A DNA stretch of 64,000 nucleotides from a bacterium (GTDB lineage: Bacteria; Electryoneota; RPQS01), in contig JADJCU010000001.1 in the NCBI GenBank assembly GCA_016703065.1, positions 296,526-360,525 on the forward strand. The letters are read 5' to 3'. Positions 38,119 to 47,352 of this stretch are shown here, in pieces. Each line of letters starts with the position of its first letter. The first letter of the stretch is position 1. A program made the position numbers and the translations under genes. The notes beneath the pieces were generated by a model that did no database searches, had not been told where the DNA came from, and worked only from the letters and a program-made list of their open reading frames with translations.

Positions 38119-39405
38119 ATGCGCAAATTGTTGTGCCTCATTCTCCTCTTCTGCGCTGTCTTCGCCTCCACTGCCTTCGCCCGCCCGCAGTATAGCGCCC
38201 TCTTCGGCCAAAGCTGCTTCCTCTGCCACGCAAACCCCACTGGCAACGGCATGCGCACCCTACGGCAGTCAGTTCTTTGGCCCGCAATACCTCCCCGTCA
38301 AACCGGTTTCATACGAGCTGATCAATAAGCTCAAACCCCAACTCTCCGAGTCCGTCACCATCGGCGCCGACCTGCGAACGATCTGGATTGCCACGAATAC
38401 CCAGAAAGATGAAGCCGGGCGCGCCCCGAAGAGGGAACGTCCGGCTCCTTTTCAACAAACACCGGCACCGTTGCGCAGATGGAAGGCAACATGTATCTCG
38501 AAATCCGCCCGACCGAGCAGTTCATGCTCTATCTGTCGCGTGGCGTCGCAGATGTCAGCGGCCGCATGGAAGCGTACGGTATGGCCAATCTGAAGGGCTT
38601 CAAGGCGTGGGTCAAGGGCGGACAGTTTCAGGAGAACTACGGCTACCGCTTCGCCGACCATACGGCCTATACCCGCACCGGCCTTTGGTCCGAGTACGAC
38701 GGCTTCGCGAACAGCCCGCCTCTGCCCCCGCACTACGGTGTCGGTTTGGAAGCGGGCACCAGAATCGCAACTTTCGACCTGAGCGGCTCCTACACTGCGG
38801 CCCAGTCCAATATCCCTTCAGACCGCGACCAGCAGAAGCGCTGGGTGGCCCGCGCTTACGGCCAACGCCGGCTGCCCTTTGCGCAGAAGTTCGTGGTCAA
38901 CGGCGGAGCAAGTTGGTATCACTCCCCGGCCAAAGCTCCCGATTCCGAGCTCCCGTTCTCCCAGCGGCGACACAAGACCACCGCCTGGGGCGGCTTTGGC
39001 GGTATCGCGTTTGAAGGCATTCACGGGAAGATGGGAACAGGCGGTGGAGCCTCAAACTTCGGCTGGCTGGCAACCACTCTCCTCTTCGAGTATGACCGCA
39101 AGAACTGGGTTCCGGCCTTTGCCTCTGCACCCATTACCAGTGCCTATTCGACCACGCAGCTCGAAGTGATGGTTTATCAGGGCCTCTGGCTGCAGGCAGC
39201 CTACGACTGGCTCGACAATGCCGAAACCTCTGGCGTAGCCGGGGAGGCCGAGCGCACGTCCATCGGCCTCGGGTCCTTCGTCCTCCCGTGGGTTGAGGTA
39301 TCCGTGAAACACCGGCTCTATTCCTCTGCCGGAAGCACCCAGGACGGTTCTGTGCAGACCCGCAACAAGCAGCAAATCGAAGCTCAGATGCACGTGTTTT
39401 TCTAA
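38119..39405 (+). pseudogene. Cyc2-like fused monohaem cytochrome c / outer-membrane porin, with a compensated frameshift pair
   Basis: Signal MRKLLCLILLFCAVFASTAFA and a single CXXCH (CFLCH, 38215-38229). About 390 aa of beta-barrel-like sequence follow, ending '..EAQMHVFF'. Nucleotides ~38260-38425 must be read in the +1 frame ('PYGSQFFGPQYLPVKPVSYELINKLKPQLSESVTIGADLRTIWIA..'), after which the original frame resumes. Confidence 0.55.
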
Positions 39406-39424
39406 GCTTACGACAAGAGTGTGG

Positions 39425-39451
39425 AAAGCCCGCCTCGCTGGCGGGCTTTTT
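39425..39451 (+). terminator. rho-independent terminator
   Basis: Hairpin AAAGCCCGCC-TCGCT-GGCGGGCTTT followed by TTTAATTT. Confidence 0.8.
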
Positions 39452-39564
39452 AATTTCCAGTCACTTAGAACTTGACATTTTGGGTCATCTATGGCACATT
39501 GATGCAATACGTGGCCATACCTCGTGGACCTCGATCACCAGCCTTACACCTGAGGGAGTTTAGG

Positions 39565-40149
39565 ATGAACAAATTTCTGACGCTTGTCGTACTTTGCGTC
39601 GCGTCCACCGCGTTCGCAACGATCCACAATGTGACCGTGTCCGGGCTCTCGTTTACGCCCGCGAACATCACTATTCAACAGGGAGACACGGTGCGCTGGA
39701 CCAAAGGCGGCGGGCTTCACAATGTCGCTGAAGTAACCGCAACACCGGTGTTCCGCAGTGGGAATCCCACCAGTAGTCCCTTTGTCTATGACTTCGCATT
39801 CAATGCGCCGTTAGCCGGTACATATAACTATGAGTGTGAAGTGCATTTCAGCGTCGGGATGGTCGGCACTGTGACCGTCGAAGTCCCGCCGCCACCCTGC
39901 CTTGACCCAACCGACCTTGTCATCAAGTGGGAGGCCGCCGATCAGGTACACGTCTACTGGCAGGCTCCGCAGATGGGCCACTATGTCGTCTATGGCACTG
40001 CCGATGCCACTCTGGCCACGACCCCGCCCGGCCCCGGCTGGTCCGTCGCTGCGGAAGTTGATGTTGCCGCGATTGGACAGGCCGATGTCGTCATTACAGG
40101 ACTCTCCGACCAACAGTTCTTCGTCGTCGTGCAAGACTGCACACCGTAG
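39565..40149 (+). CDS. secreted type-1 copper protein (cupredoxin) with a C-terminal Fn3-like domain
   Basis: GAGGGAG RBS and signal MNKFLTLVVLCVASTAFA. The cupredoxin domain closely resembles that of the 20156 gene; its ligands are 'GLHNV' and 'YECEVHFSVGM'. There is no T9SS tail. Confidence 0.8.
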   Translation: MNKFLTLVVLCVASTAFATIHNVTVSGLSFTPANITIQQGDTVRWTKGGGLHNVAEVTATPVFRSGNPTSSPFVYDFAFNAPLAGTYNYECEVHFSVGMVGTVTVEVPPPPCLDPTDLVIKWEAADQVHVYWQAPQMGHYVVYGTADATLATTPPGPGWSVAAEVDVAAIGQADVVITGLSDQQFFVVVQDCTP

Positions 40150-40168
40150 ATAACACCTCCCTAAATCA

Positions 40169-40204
40169 AAACGGGCCGCGCTTCTCTGCGTGGCCCGTTT
40201 TCTC
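40169..40204. terminator. bidirectional terminator between convergent genes
   Basis: Imperfect hairpin AACGGGCCGCG..CGTGGCCCGTT with TTTCTC on the + side and AAA upstream. Confidence 0.6.
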
Positions 40205-41039
40205 ATTCATCCCTCATCCGTTTCAACGTAGCAATACTCGAAGGAGTATCCTCCTCCGGCAGTTCCGTCGTCCCCGGAAGCCCCGCAAACCGCGCATCCG
40301 TCGCCAGCAGCTTGAATCCCGATTCCCCGATGAAACCCTGGCCAATCGCAGCATGACGATCGCGATGCTTGCCCAACTCAAACTTCGAATCGTTCAGATG
40401 AAACGCGCGCAGGTATTTCAATCCTATCTGCTCGTCAAACTGCTTCCACGTTGCCTTATACGCATCCGCAGTCCGAAGATCATACCCCGCCGCGAAGATG
40501 TGGCACGTGTCCACGCACACACCCATTCGCTCGTCAGCTTTGCACTCGCCGATCAAATATCCTAAGTGCTCGAACTTCGCTCCCAAATCTCCCCCCTGTC
40601 CCGCCGTCGTTTCGAGCAGGATTCCTACTCCGAGCTGTTCCGTCCGGGCAAGCACTTCTTTCAGCGACGCCGCGCAATTCTTGAGTCCAACCTCTTCACC
40701 AGACCCTTTGTGTGATCCCGGATGTGTATTCACCCACGGAATCCCCAGGAGTGCCGCACGCTCAAGCTCATACACAAACCCATCAACGGATTTCTGGCGC
40801 AGCTCCGGCTCCGGCGATGAGAGATTGATCAAATAGCTGTCATGGACCAACACCGGCGGCTTTCCCGCCTCTTCCCACGCGGAGAACCACTTCTCAATCG
40901 CTTCCGGCTCGATCTCCTTGGCCTTCCACTGCAGCTGGCTCTTCGTGAAGACCTGAATGGGCTCGCAGCCGAATTTCGTCCCCCACTCAAAGGCCTTGTA
41001 GAGACCGCCCGCCGTCGATGTATGCGCCCCAAATAGCAT
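40203..41039 (-). CDS. nfo: deoxyribonuclease IV (endonuclease IV)
   Basis: 'MLFGAHTSTAGG', 'HDSYLINL', 'VNTHPGSH', 'LLETTAGQG', 'GVCVDTCHIFAAGYD' and 'HLNDS' motifs. Start moved to ATG 41039. Confidence 0.85.
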   Translation of the reverse strand: MLFGAHTSTAGGLYKAFEWGTKFGCEPIQVFTKSQLQWKAKEIEPEAIEKWFSAWEEAGKPPVLVHDSYLINLSSPEPELRQKSVDGFVYELERAALLGIPWVNTHPGSHKGSGEEVGLKNCAASLKEVLARTEQLGVGILLETTAGQGGDLGAKFEHLGYLIGECKADERMGVCVDTCHIFAAGYDLRTADAYKATWKQFDEQIGLKYLRAFHLNDSKFELGKHRDRHAAIGQGFIGESGFKLLATDARFAGLPGTTELPEEDTPSSIATLKRMRDE

Positions 41040-41131
41040 TCCTGACTCTCCCGTTTTGTGTCCGCCCAAAGTAAGCATGTCTGCCCGGACTTGCAAGCGT
41101 TTCAGGAACAGGAATTGCTCCGCCAATTCCC

Positions 41132-41305
41132 ATGCGGGATATCATCGTTTCCACCCTCGCCTTCATCCCCCTGAGCATTCTACTCCATCGTCGACTGGAC
41201 GACTGGGGTCTCGATCCGGGCGCTTCGCGCACTTTGCTGGTCGCGGTCATGGCCGGTGCGCTGTCCTATGCAGTCGCCTTCATAGTCGAACTGCTCCTCG
41301 CATAA
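41132..41305 (+). CDS. possible small (57 aa) two-helix membrane protein
   Basis: An ATG-to-TAA ORF below the ORF-track cutoff: MRDIIVSTLAFIPLSILLH..LLVAVMAGALSYAVAFIVELLLA. No homology was recognised. Confidence 0.25.
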   Translation: MRDIIVSTLAFIPLSILLHRRLDDWGLDPGASRTLLVAVMAGALSYAVAFIVELLLA

Positions 41306-41327
41306 CCCACGCACAACCCCAAAATAA

Positions 41328-41433
41328 GGCGGGCCGGACATTCCTGTCCGGCCCGCCGTGCTTGCCTATCCAGCCCAATCCGCCAGAGCCCTTGCGCCAC
41401 CGCACTGGGTGCAGCGTCTGCGCTTGCGCAGGC
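41328..41433 (-). repeat. family C repeat copy 1: shared 3'-UTR plus terminator module
   Basis: A ~100-nt block about 93% identical to 42554-42652. It starts directly after the stop of the vWA gene and ends (minus strand) in the hairpin GGCGGGCCGGACA..TGTCCGGCCCGCC followed by TTATTTT. Confidence 0.8.
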
Positions 41434-42467
41434 TATGGACACGGCACACTGAAGGAAAACTGCCCTTCAGCCGTGCGCCCGTCAGCCGTAACGGCAACCG
41501 TGCCGCACACGACGTCATTGCACTGGATGCTGTTGGCTCCTGTTCCACTCAGCACCACCTGAAAGTCCGCGTAGCCCAACGACACTGCGGCGGCAATCGC
41601 ATTATAAATCTGCTCGATGGCATTCAAATCCTGAATGCCCACGTATGTTCCGCCAGAGCACACTGCTATCGCGCGCATCTCTTGCGTCGCTGAATTTGAG
41701 GTGGTCGCATCCGAGGCCGGTCCCAGGCCGATTGAGTAGATCGGGATCGCCAAACTAACCGCCAAATCGCAAACGTCTTCGCGGTAGTAGGAATCGCCCG
41801 GTTCACCGTCGCTCAACAGAACAATCGCCCGCTCATACTGCGCCGCCGGCACCTGCGTCTCCATGTATTCCAATACCTCGCCCAGTGACGTGTACGTCGG
41901 CGTGCCCGTATACTGCCCCGCGAGGTCACAGGCCGCTCGCAGACTGTCCGCGTTGTCCGTGAAACCTGCCAGCATGTCGCAGGCGTTGAAGTTCCCCATC
42001 CCGTGATACCGGTCGTACGCAAACACCGCCGCACGGTAGTTCACCCCAAGCTCCTCGAGCTTGTCGACGAAGGCCTTCGCTCCATCCACCCGCAAACGGT
42101 TCGGATCATTGCTTACCATGCTGCCGCTTTGATCGATGTGGAGCACGACTGCTAACGGGCGACCCGACGGCTCGACGATGTCCTCGATGACTACTTCCGC
42201 ATTCACGCCGCTCTGGCAAGTGATATGCACGTTGACCCCAAGGTCAGGACGAAGTATTGCGCTATTGTCCTCACTCATCGGTGTGGCCCGGACGGTGAAT
42301 CTCCTCGTCTGCATGAAATCCGTGGCCACCTCGGTGCCGATGACCAATACCTCAGTCAGAACCTGCTCCCCGGGACACGTGCACTGCTCGTCCGTGTCAC
42401 ATCCCACCCCAAATAGCACCGCCAGCATGATCGCCAGCACTACCGCTAACTTCATTTCCCGTTCCAT
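41433..42467 (-). CDS. von Willebrand factor type A (vWA) domain lipoprotein
   Basis: AAGGAG RBS before ATG 42467 and lipobox 'LFGVGC'. MIDAS motif 'DQSGSM' in 'LAVVLHIDQSGSMVSNDPNRLRVDGAKAFVDKL', plus '..VLLSDGEPG'. Confidence 0.7.
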   Translation of the reverse strand: MEREMKLAVVLAIMLAVLFGVGCDTDEQCTCPGEQVLTEVLVIGTEVATDFMQTRRFTVRATPMSEDNSAILRPDLGVNVHITCQSGVNAEVVIEDIVEPSGRPLAVVLHIDQSGSMVSNDPNRLRVDGAKAFVDKLEELGVNYRAAVFAYDRYHGMGNFNACDMLAGFTDNADSLRAACDLAGQYTGTPTYTSLGEVLEYMETQVPAAQYERAIVLLSDGEPGDSYYREDVCDLAVSLAIPIYSIGLGPASDATTSNSATQEMRAIAVCSGGTYVGIQDLNAIEQIYNAIAAAVSLGYADFQVVLSGTGANSIQCNDVVCGTVAVTADGRTAEGQFSFSVPCP

Positions 42468-42553
42468 TTTGTTCTCCTTGTGATAGGGTTTCACCGCCTT
42501 ACGACAAGGATATCTGACCACCCCCGAGATCTTACACAACCCCCAAGAGAAAA

Positions 42554-42652
42554 GGCGGGCCGGACATTGCTGCCCGGCCCGCCGCGCTTACCTAGCCAGC
42601 CCAATCCGCCAGAGCCCTTGCGCCAGCGCACTGGGTGCAGCGTCTACGCTGC
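42554..42652 (-). repeat. family C repeat copy 2: shared 3'-UTR plus terminator module
   Basis: See 41328-41433. It directly follows the stop of the 905-aa gene. The terminator hairpin GGCGGGCCGGGCA..TGTCCGGCCCGCC is followed by TTTTCTC (minus strand). Confidence 0.8.
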
Positions 42653-45370
42653 CTACTTCATCAGGACCATCTTCTGCTGGAACGACAGGCCATTGACGTC
42701 CATCTTGTACAGATAGAGACCCGACGACAGCGTCGCGGCGTCAAACGCTACGACGTGACGACCGGCTTCCATACGGCCATTCACCAGCTCCGCAACCTTC
42801 TGACCGAGCAGGTTGAACACGCTAATGTTCACATTGCCAGCCTCAACCATGTCGAACGCGATGTTCGTGGTCGGGTTGAACGGGTTCGGGTAGTTCTGAT
42901 GCAGAGCGTACTCGGAAACAACCGCCGAACCAAAGCTCGGGGTCGCGCTCTGAGTCGCAAGCTCCTGACGAGCACCAGTCACATCCACCGACACCAGATT
43001 GTAGCTGTAGGCGGTGCCGTTGGTCAGGTTCTCATCCGTGAAGCTGTAGGTCGAGCCAGTCGCGTTGTTCGTCGCTGCAACTTCGCCAACCTTGGCGCCG
43101 TCACGCAGAATCTCAAACTTCGCAACGTTCGTCTCAGACATCGTGTTCCAATTCAACGTCACTTCACGGTCACCCGCGACGACGTCAAGGCTGCCAAACG
43201 CAACCGGCAAGATGATGTCATACGTGAACTCGAGGCAGACATTGTTCAACCAGCCGACGTCGCCACCGAAGTAGTCGGTGATCGTCAGCGTCCAGTTGCC
43301 AACCGCGTTCTCGCCGTCAACTGCCGACAACGGGCTGTCCGGCTGGAAGCTGCCGCTGAACGGAGCAACACCCAGAGCAACCGCCGTCGATGCTTCGTCG
43401 TCAAACGTTGTGCAGGTGAAGTTGTCACCACCGCCGCCATTCTGATAGGACAGCGTGACCACTGTACCCAACGGGGACGTCAGCGTGATGCCCAGGTCGC
43501 CGTCGTACGTGTGAACGATATCCAAGCAGACGTTCAGATCCGTGATCTGATACTCGATCGGCACATTGATCGTCACAACCGTCGGCGGAAGCGCGCTGTC
43601 GATCGGATACGTTGTGTTGTCAACAGCATACGTGCAATGCGAGTTCGCGGCTTCGCCGCAATGGCAGACGAACGGCTCAGAGCACGGCATGCAGCCAACT
43701 TGCAGGACGTACTGGCTGCCGCAAGCAACCGTGTTACCTGCAGCCGAGGCCACGAAGATCCAGTACTGACCCGCCGGCAAGCAGCCAACGAAGCACTGAG
43801 TTTCGCAAGACAGCGAAACCACATTGTACAGAATCACCAGAGCATTACAGTCGCCAACCGGAATGATCGCCAACTGCGTCGGAGCATCGCCCGCCACACA
43901 GACAAACACGCTGTCGTTGTCGTCAGCGACGTTCAGCAGGTACCAATCGGTGTCACGAACGCCTGCGCCGGTGCTGTTCAGGTGCGTACCATAGGTACCG
44001 CAAACCAACGCGCCGCAGTCGATCGGCGTGATGCTGCCGCCGAATACGTCGTTGCAGCCGCCATTGTAGATGTCGTCGTAACCGTCAAAGCAAACCGGCT
44101 CGCCTTCCGGAGTCGCTTCCGGCGGGCAAACCACGTCGCACGGAGTGCACTCTTCCAACGTCAACGTATAGTCGCCGAAGTCAGCAGAGCTGTAACCGTC
44201 AACGACGATGCAGTACGAGTGGCCGGCATAAAGCTGCACGCACTCGAGGTACGAACGGTAGTTGCCAGTCGCGCCGGGGCACGGGCTGGCGTCGTCGTTA
44301 CATGCACTTTCGCCGCCTGGAACCGGTGCGCCGTCATAGATGTAAATCTTCGTGTCGTAGCCAGACAGACACAGGCTGAACGTCACCAACTGATCAACAG
44401 CCGGAGTGTAGCCGTACGTAACATCCGGAGCGCCGGTCACGTTGTAGGGGCATACAGCATGATAATTATCGTTGTAACCAGCCGTCGTACCCGAAACACT
44501 GTACGGAACGCCCGGAATCGGCAACGCATTGCAGCAGAGATCGCCAGGCAGCGGAACCGGGCACGGGGTCGCCGTACACGTCGTCGCCGGGTCAAACGAA
44601 CCACCCAGAGCGGCACAATCCGCTTGGAGCAGGTCAGCGCACAGCGGAGCACAGGGGTCCGTGCCATAGCAGCAGCGGCCCGGAGTCTGCGGAGTCAACT
44701 CCAACGTGATATCATCAAGATAGATACCCAGAGCGTCAAGGCTCGTTGCACGCCAGCCGATGTAGTGGACACCCGTCACCGACGGCGTGAACGTCACGAC
44801 GTCCTGAACGTAGGTAACACTGTTGAACGAGTAGAGGGGCTTGATCACGGTCGAAAGACCCGCAACGTCCGGTGTCGTCGAGCTCAAGAGCACCGTCAAC
44901 TGTTCAGAGTACGACGAGCTCGCCGCACGGCGCCAGAACTTCAGATCATACGACGTACCACCCGTCAGCGTGACCGCCGGCGAAATCAGGTAGTCGTCCA
45001 GAGCGGGGGCGCTCCAGGAAATACGAATCTTCTGCGTGCCCGTCTTGGCAGAACCCGTCGAGGTTCCCCACGTCGCCGCTGGGCTTGAGGCGTCAACACT
45101 GATTTCCGTCCAGCAAGCCGGAAGGGCCGGAACAACCGTCGGCGCTTCCGCGCCTTCGGGGAACGGAACCGCGCAGTCATCAAGGCTGTTCCGCGATTCC
45201 GCGGTCGCCCACAACGAAGCGTCGTTCAACGTCGCGGCCTTCTCGGCCGTAATTGCGATTGCCTTTGCAGACACTGGAACCTGATTGCTCAGGTTCGCCG
45301 TTTCCTTGCCAGCCATAGCCGCCGTCGCGACCAAAGCCAGCATAATACAGACAGTCAAAAGCTTCTTCAT
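42653..45370 (-). CDS. large T9SS-sorted surface protein with a proprotein-convertase P-domain
   Basis: Signal MKKLLTVCIMLALVATAAMA and Cys-rich repeated modules. P-domain signature 'IVHTYDGDLGITLTSPLGTVVTLS..GENAVGNWTLTITDYFGGDVGWLNNVCLEF', an Fn3-like domain, and the T9SS tail 'YPNPFNPTTNIAF..FNLLGQKVAEL..SGLYLYKM..KMVLMK'. Confidence 0.75.
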   Translation of the reverse strand: MKKLLTVCIMLALVATAAMAGKETANLSNQVPVSAKAIAITAEKAATLNDASLWATAESRNSLDDCAVPFPEGAEAPTVVPALPACWTEISVDASSPAATWGTSTGSAKTGTQKIRISWSAPALDDYLISPAVTLTGGTSYDLKFWRRAASSSYSEQLTVLLSSTTPDVAGLSTVIKPLYSFNSVTYVQDVVTFTPSVTGVHYIGWRATSLDALGIYLDDITLELTPQTPGRCCYGTDPCAPLCADLLQADCAALGGSFDPATTCTATPCPVPLPGDLCCNALPIPGVPYSVSGTTAGYNDNYHAVCPYNVTGAPDVTYGYTPAVDQLVTFSLCLSGYDTKIYIYDGAPVPGGESACNDDASPCPGATGNYRSYLECVQLYAGHSYCIVVDGYSSADFGDYTLTLEECTPCDVVCPPEATPEGEPVCFDGYDDIYNGGCNDVFGGSITPIDCGALVCGTYGTHLNSTGAGVRDTDWYLLNVADDNDSVFVCVAGDAPTQLAIIPVGDCNALVILYNVVSLSCETQCFVGCLPAGQYWIFVASAAGNTVACGSQYVLQVGCMPCSEPFVCHCGEAANSHCTYAVDNTTYPIDSALPPTVVTINVPIEYQITDLNVCLDIVHTYDGDLGITLTSPLGTVVTLSYQNGGGGDNFTCTTFDDEASTAVALGVAPFSGSFQPDSPLSAVDGENAVGNWTLTITDYFGGDVGWLNNVCLEFTYDIILPVAFGSLDVVAGDREVTLNWNTMSETNVAKFEILRDGAKVGEVAATNNATGSTYSFTDENLTNGTAYSYNLVSVDVTGARQELATQSATPSFGSAVVSEYALHQNYPNPFNPTTNIAFDMVEAGNVNISVFNLLGQKVAELVNGRMEAGRHVVAFDAATLSSGLYLYKMDVNGLSFQQKMVLMK

Positions 45371-45462
45371 GCTTGTCCTCTGTTAGTTATGGGTTCGGAT
45401 CCGAATTTGTTGAAAATACCTCTTCCACAAGCATAACTAATATATTTCTTATCTCCCCGCTT

Positions 45463-45478
45463 AGCAATGGTTCCGCCA
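45463..45478 (-). promoter_or_regulatory. sigma-54 (-24/-12) type promoter
   Basis: The minus strand reads TGGCGG-AACCA-TTGCT with consensus spacing, about 93 nt upstream of ATG 45370. Confidence 0.45.
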
Positions 45479-45835
45479 CATTTTTGCACAATGTTGACGC
45501 CTCAAAACTATGGGTTTCCAGTACTTTAACTTTAGTAAACTCTTGGCTTACATGATTGCCTGGGTCAGTCACACTAACAACCTTCCCTGCAACGGAGGCA
45601 ATCCTACCCTAAACCTCCAATGCAAGGAGCACCCCCGCTGTGGCCCTATTCTTGCCCCCTAAGTTCACGCTGCGTCTTGACTTTCAAAGACCAATTGGTT
45701 AGCTTTGAATGCTGAAATCTTATGCAATCGCCCTGATCAGGGCCGCGTAAGTCCAGCCCGCATTAACCTTGCATCTACGCCAACCAGGCGACTCCCACAT
45801 AGAGTTACACATAATACTTGCCGCAGAGTCCTAAG

Positions 45836-46382
45836 TTGTCACCTAAACTCCGCCATTTTGCCGCCGCGCTGTGCCTGTTGCCTCTGTGCCTCTGGGCACA
45901 ACGCTAAACTCGGCCAATTCCTGAGCACGAATTTCCCGGGAGCGACGACCATCGTGGCCTTCAACGGATTCGCTGGGCAGCCAACTCTCGGAACCGGCAC
46001 GCTTGCCGAATCCGGTACAATGATCTCGACCACCTACATCCGGGCTGTCCGGCAGTATCTCTATTCGCCGCCGATCAATTCCGATCAGCCCATTGCCCTA
46101 CCCGCCCGATTCGAGTTGGGTCAGAACTTCCCCAACCCGTTCAACCCGTCTACGGTTATCCCCTTCGCTCTGGACAAATCGGCGCAGGGCCAAATCGCGA
46201 TCTACAACCTCACCGGTCAGATCGTCAGGAGCTTTGACCTGCACGGCTACGCGGCGGGCGAATACCAGCTCGTTTGGGACGGCAAGAACTCGAACGGATT
46301 TGCCGTGCCCAGCGGACAATACTTTGCGCGCTTGTCACACGACGCGCGTGTTCAAGTCCGCAAACTCACTCTGATTAAGTAA
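45836..46382 (+). pseudogene. small T9SS-sorted protein; signal peptide and mature part are in different frames
   Basis: The signal-like 'SPKLRHFAAALCLLPLCLWAQ' (TTG 45836, frame 2) ends at a TAA. Frame 0 continues from about 45900 with 'NAKLGQFLSTNFPGATTIVAFNG..' and a T9SS tail 'FPNPFNPSTVIPF..IYNLTGQIVRSF..SGQYFARL..KLTLIK'. Confidence 0.45.
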
Positions 46383-46409
46383 ACACCTCTACATATCGGG
46401 ATTTCTCAC

Positions 46410-47289
46410 ATGAGATTCGCTGCTCTCCTGTTTGCCGTGGTGCTGGTCGTTACCGCCGCCTTCGCCGTCGTGCCGACCACCATGTCCTATCAGGCCGTCT
46501 TCACGGACACTGAAGGTAATGTCATGCCGGACGGCGTTTACACGATTGGCTTCCATATCTTCCCCTCAGCAGCAGGCGGCCCGCCCGTCTGGTCTGAGTG
46601 GCAGGATGTTACCGTCTCAAACGGCGTATTCGAAGTCATTCTCGGCGCGCTCTTCCCCCTCGATCCGTCGGATTTTCTGGACCCCGAAGGCGATGGACAG
46701 TGGATCAGCATCTCCTACGAAGACACCTGGATGCATCCGCGCCAGTTTATCTCCTCCGTGCCCTATGCATTCATCTCTTGCTGGGCCGACTCGGCGCGCA
46801 GCTCCGCCAATGTCGGATCGCTGTCAGAGCAAGAACTGATTGATAACGTAAATCAGGTTGATAACCATGAAACGCGTATCGACGCGTTAGAGGCCGCAGA
46901 GTTCGGTATGTTTTCGCAAAATGCCAACGGTGGTATCGTCGGCACAACGCCTGTCGCCTTTCCAAGCTTCACATTCGACGTTGGAGGACCTGCCTCCATT
47001 ATTTTCTTCGCACAGGTGATCAATGACGGCATGGATCACTCCGCGTGGAAAGCATTGCTCCAGTTGCAGGATGTCGACAATGGTTCTATCGTCTCCGGAA
47101 ACGGCGTATGAATATCGAGCCGAAGGAGTTACGGATATCCACCTGCAAAAAACTTTTCCTAACGGCATCGGGGTTGGAACGTATCGCATTATTGTCGAGG
47201 TCCAAGCGGTAGACGGCGAGGTTGACGTCGATGATATCGAGTTCGGGGCAATGTGGATTCCTTCTAACGTCCCCGCGACCCGGCGGTAA
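46410..47289 (+). pseudogene. secreted hypothetical protein, frameshifted near its 3' end
   Basis: Signal MRFAALLFAVVLVVTAAFA. The first frame stops at 47111 ('..IVSGNGV*'), while a second frame continues coherently ('YEYRAEGVTDIHLQKTFPNGIGVGTYRIIVEVQAVDGEV..') to 47289. The shift is at about 47095-47110. Confidence 0.45.
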
Positions 47290-47311
47290 CATCTAACCCA
47301 AAGTGTTCCCC

Positions 47312-47342
47312 AAAGCCCCGCTTCAACTCGCGGGGCTTTTGC
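47312..47342 (+). terminator. rho-independent terminator
   Basis: Hairpin GCCCCGC-TTCAACTC-GCGGGGC followed by TTTTGCTT. Confidence 0.75.
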
Positions 47343-47352
47343 TTAAACAACT

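Noticed and set aside
39492-39506. TGGCAC-ATTGA-TGCA upstream of the second cupredoxin as a fourth sigma-54 promoter.
   Set aside because: The GC of the -12 element is one nucleotide too close to the GG of the -24 element, and the TTGC is degenerate (ATGC). It is weaker than the three sites reported.
42635-45088. 817-aa ORF on the + strand (Arg-rich: 'RRQRRGVKRYD..').
   Set aside because: It is the antisense shadow of the 905-aa T9SS surface-protein gene (42653..45370, -). The minus-strand product has a signal peptide, a P-domain and a T9SS tail. The + strand product is low-complexity Arg/Val/Ala typical of GC-rich antisense frames.
45385-45410. GGTTCGGATCC, resembling a tRNA T-loop (GGTTCGAATCC).
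   Set aside because: The flanks cannot form a T-stem or an acceptor stem, and no anticodon or D-arm can be drawn. It lies in the 5' leader of the 905-aa gene.
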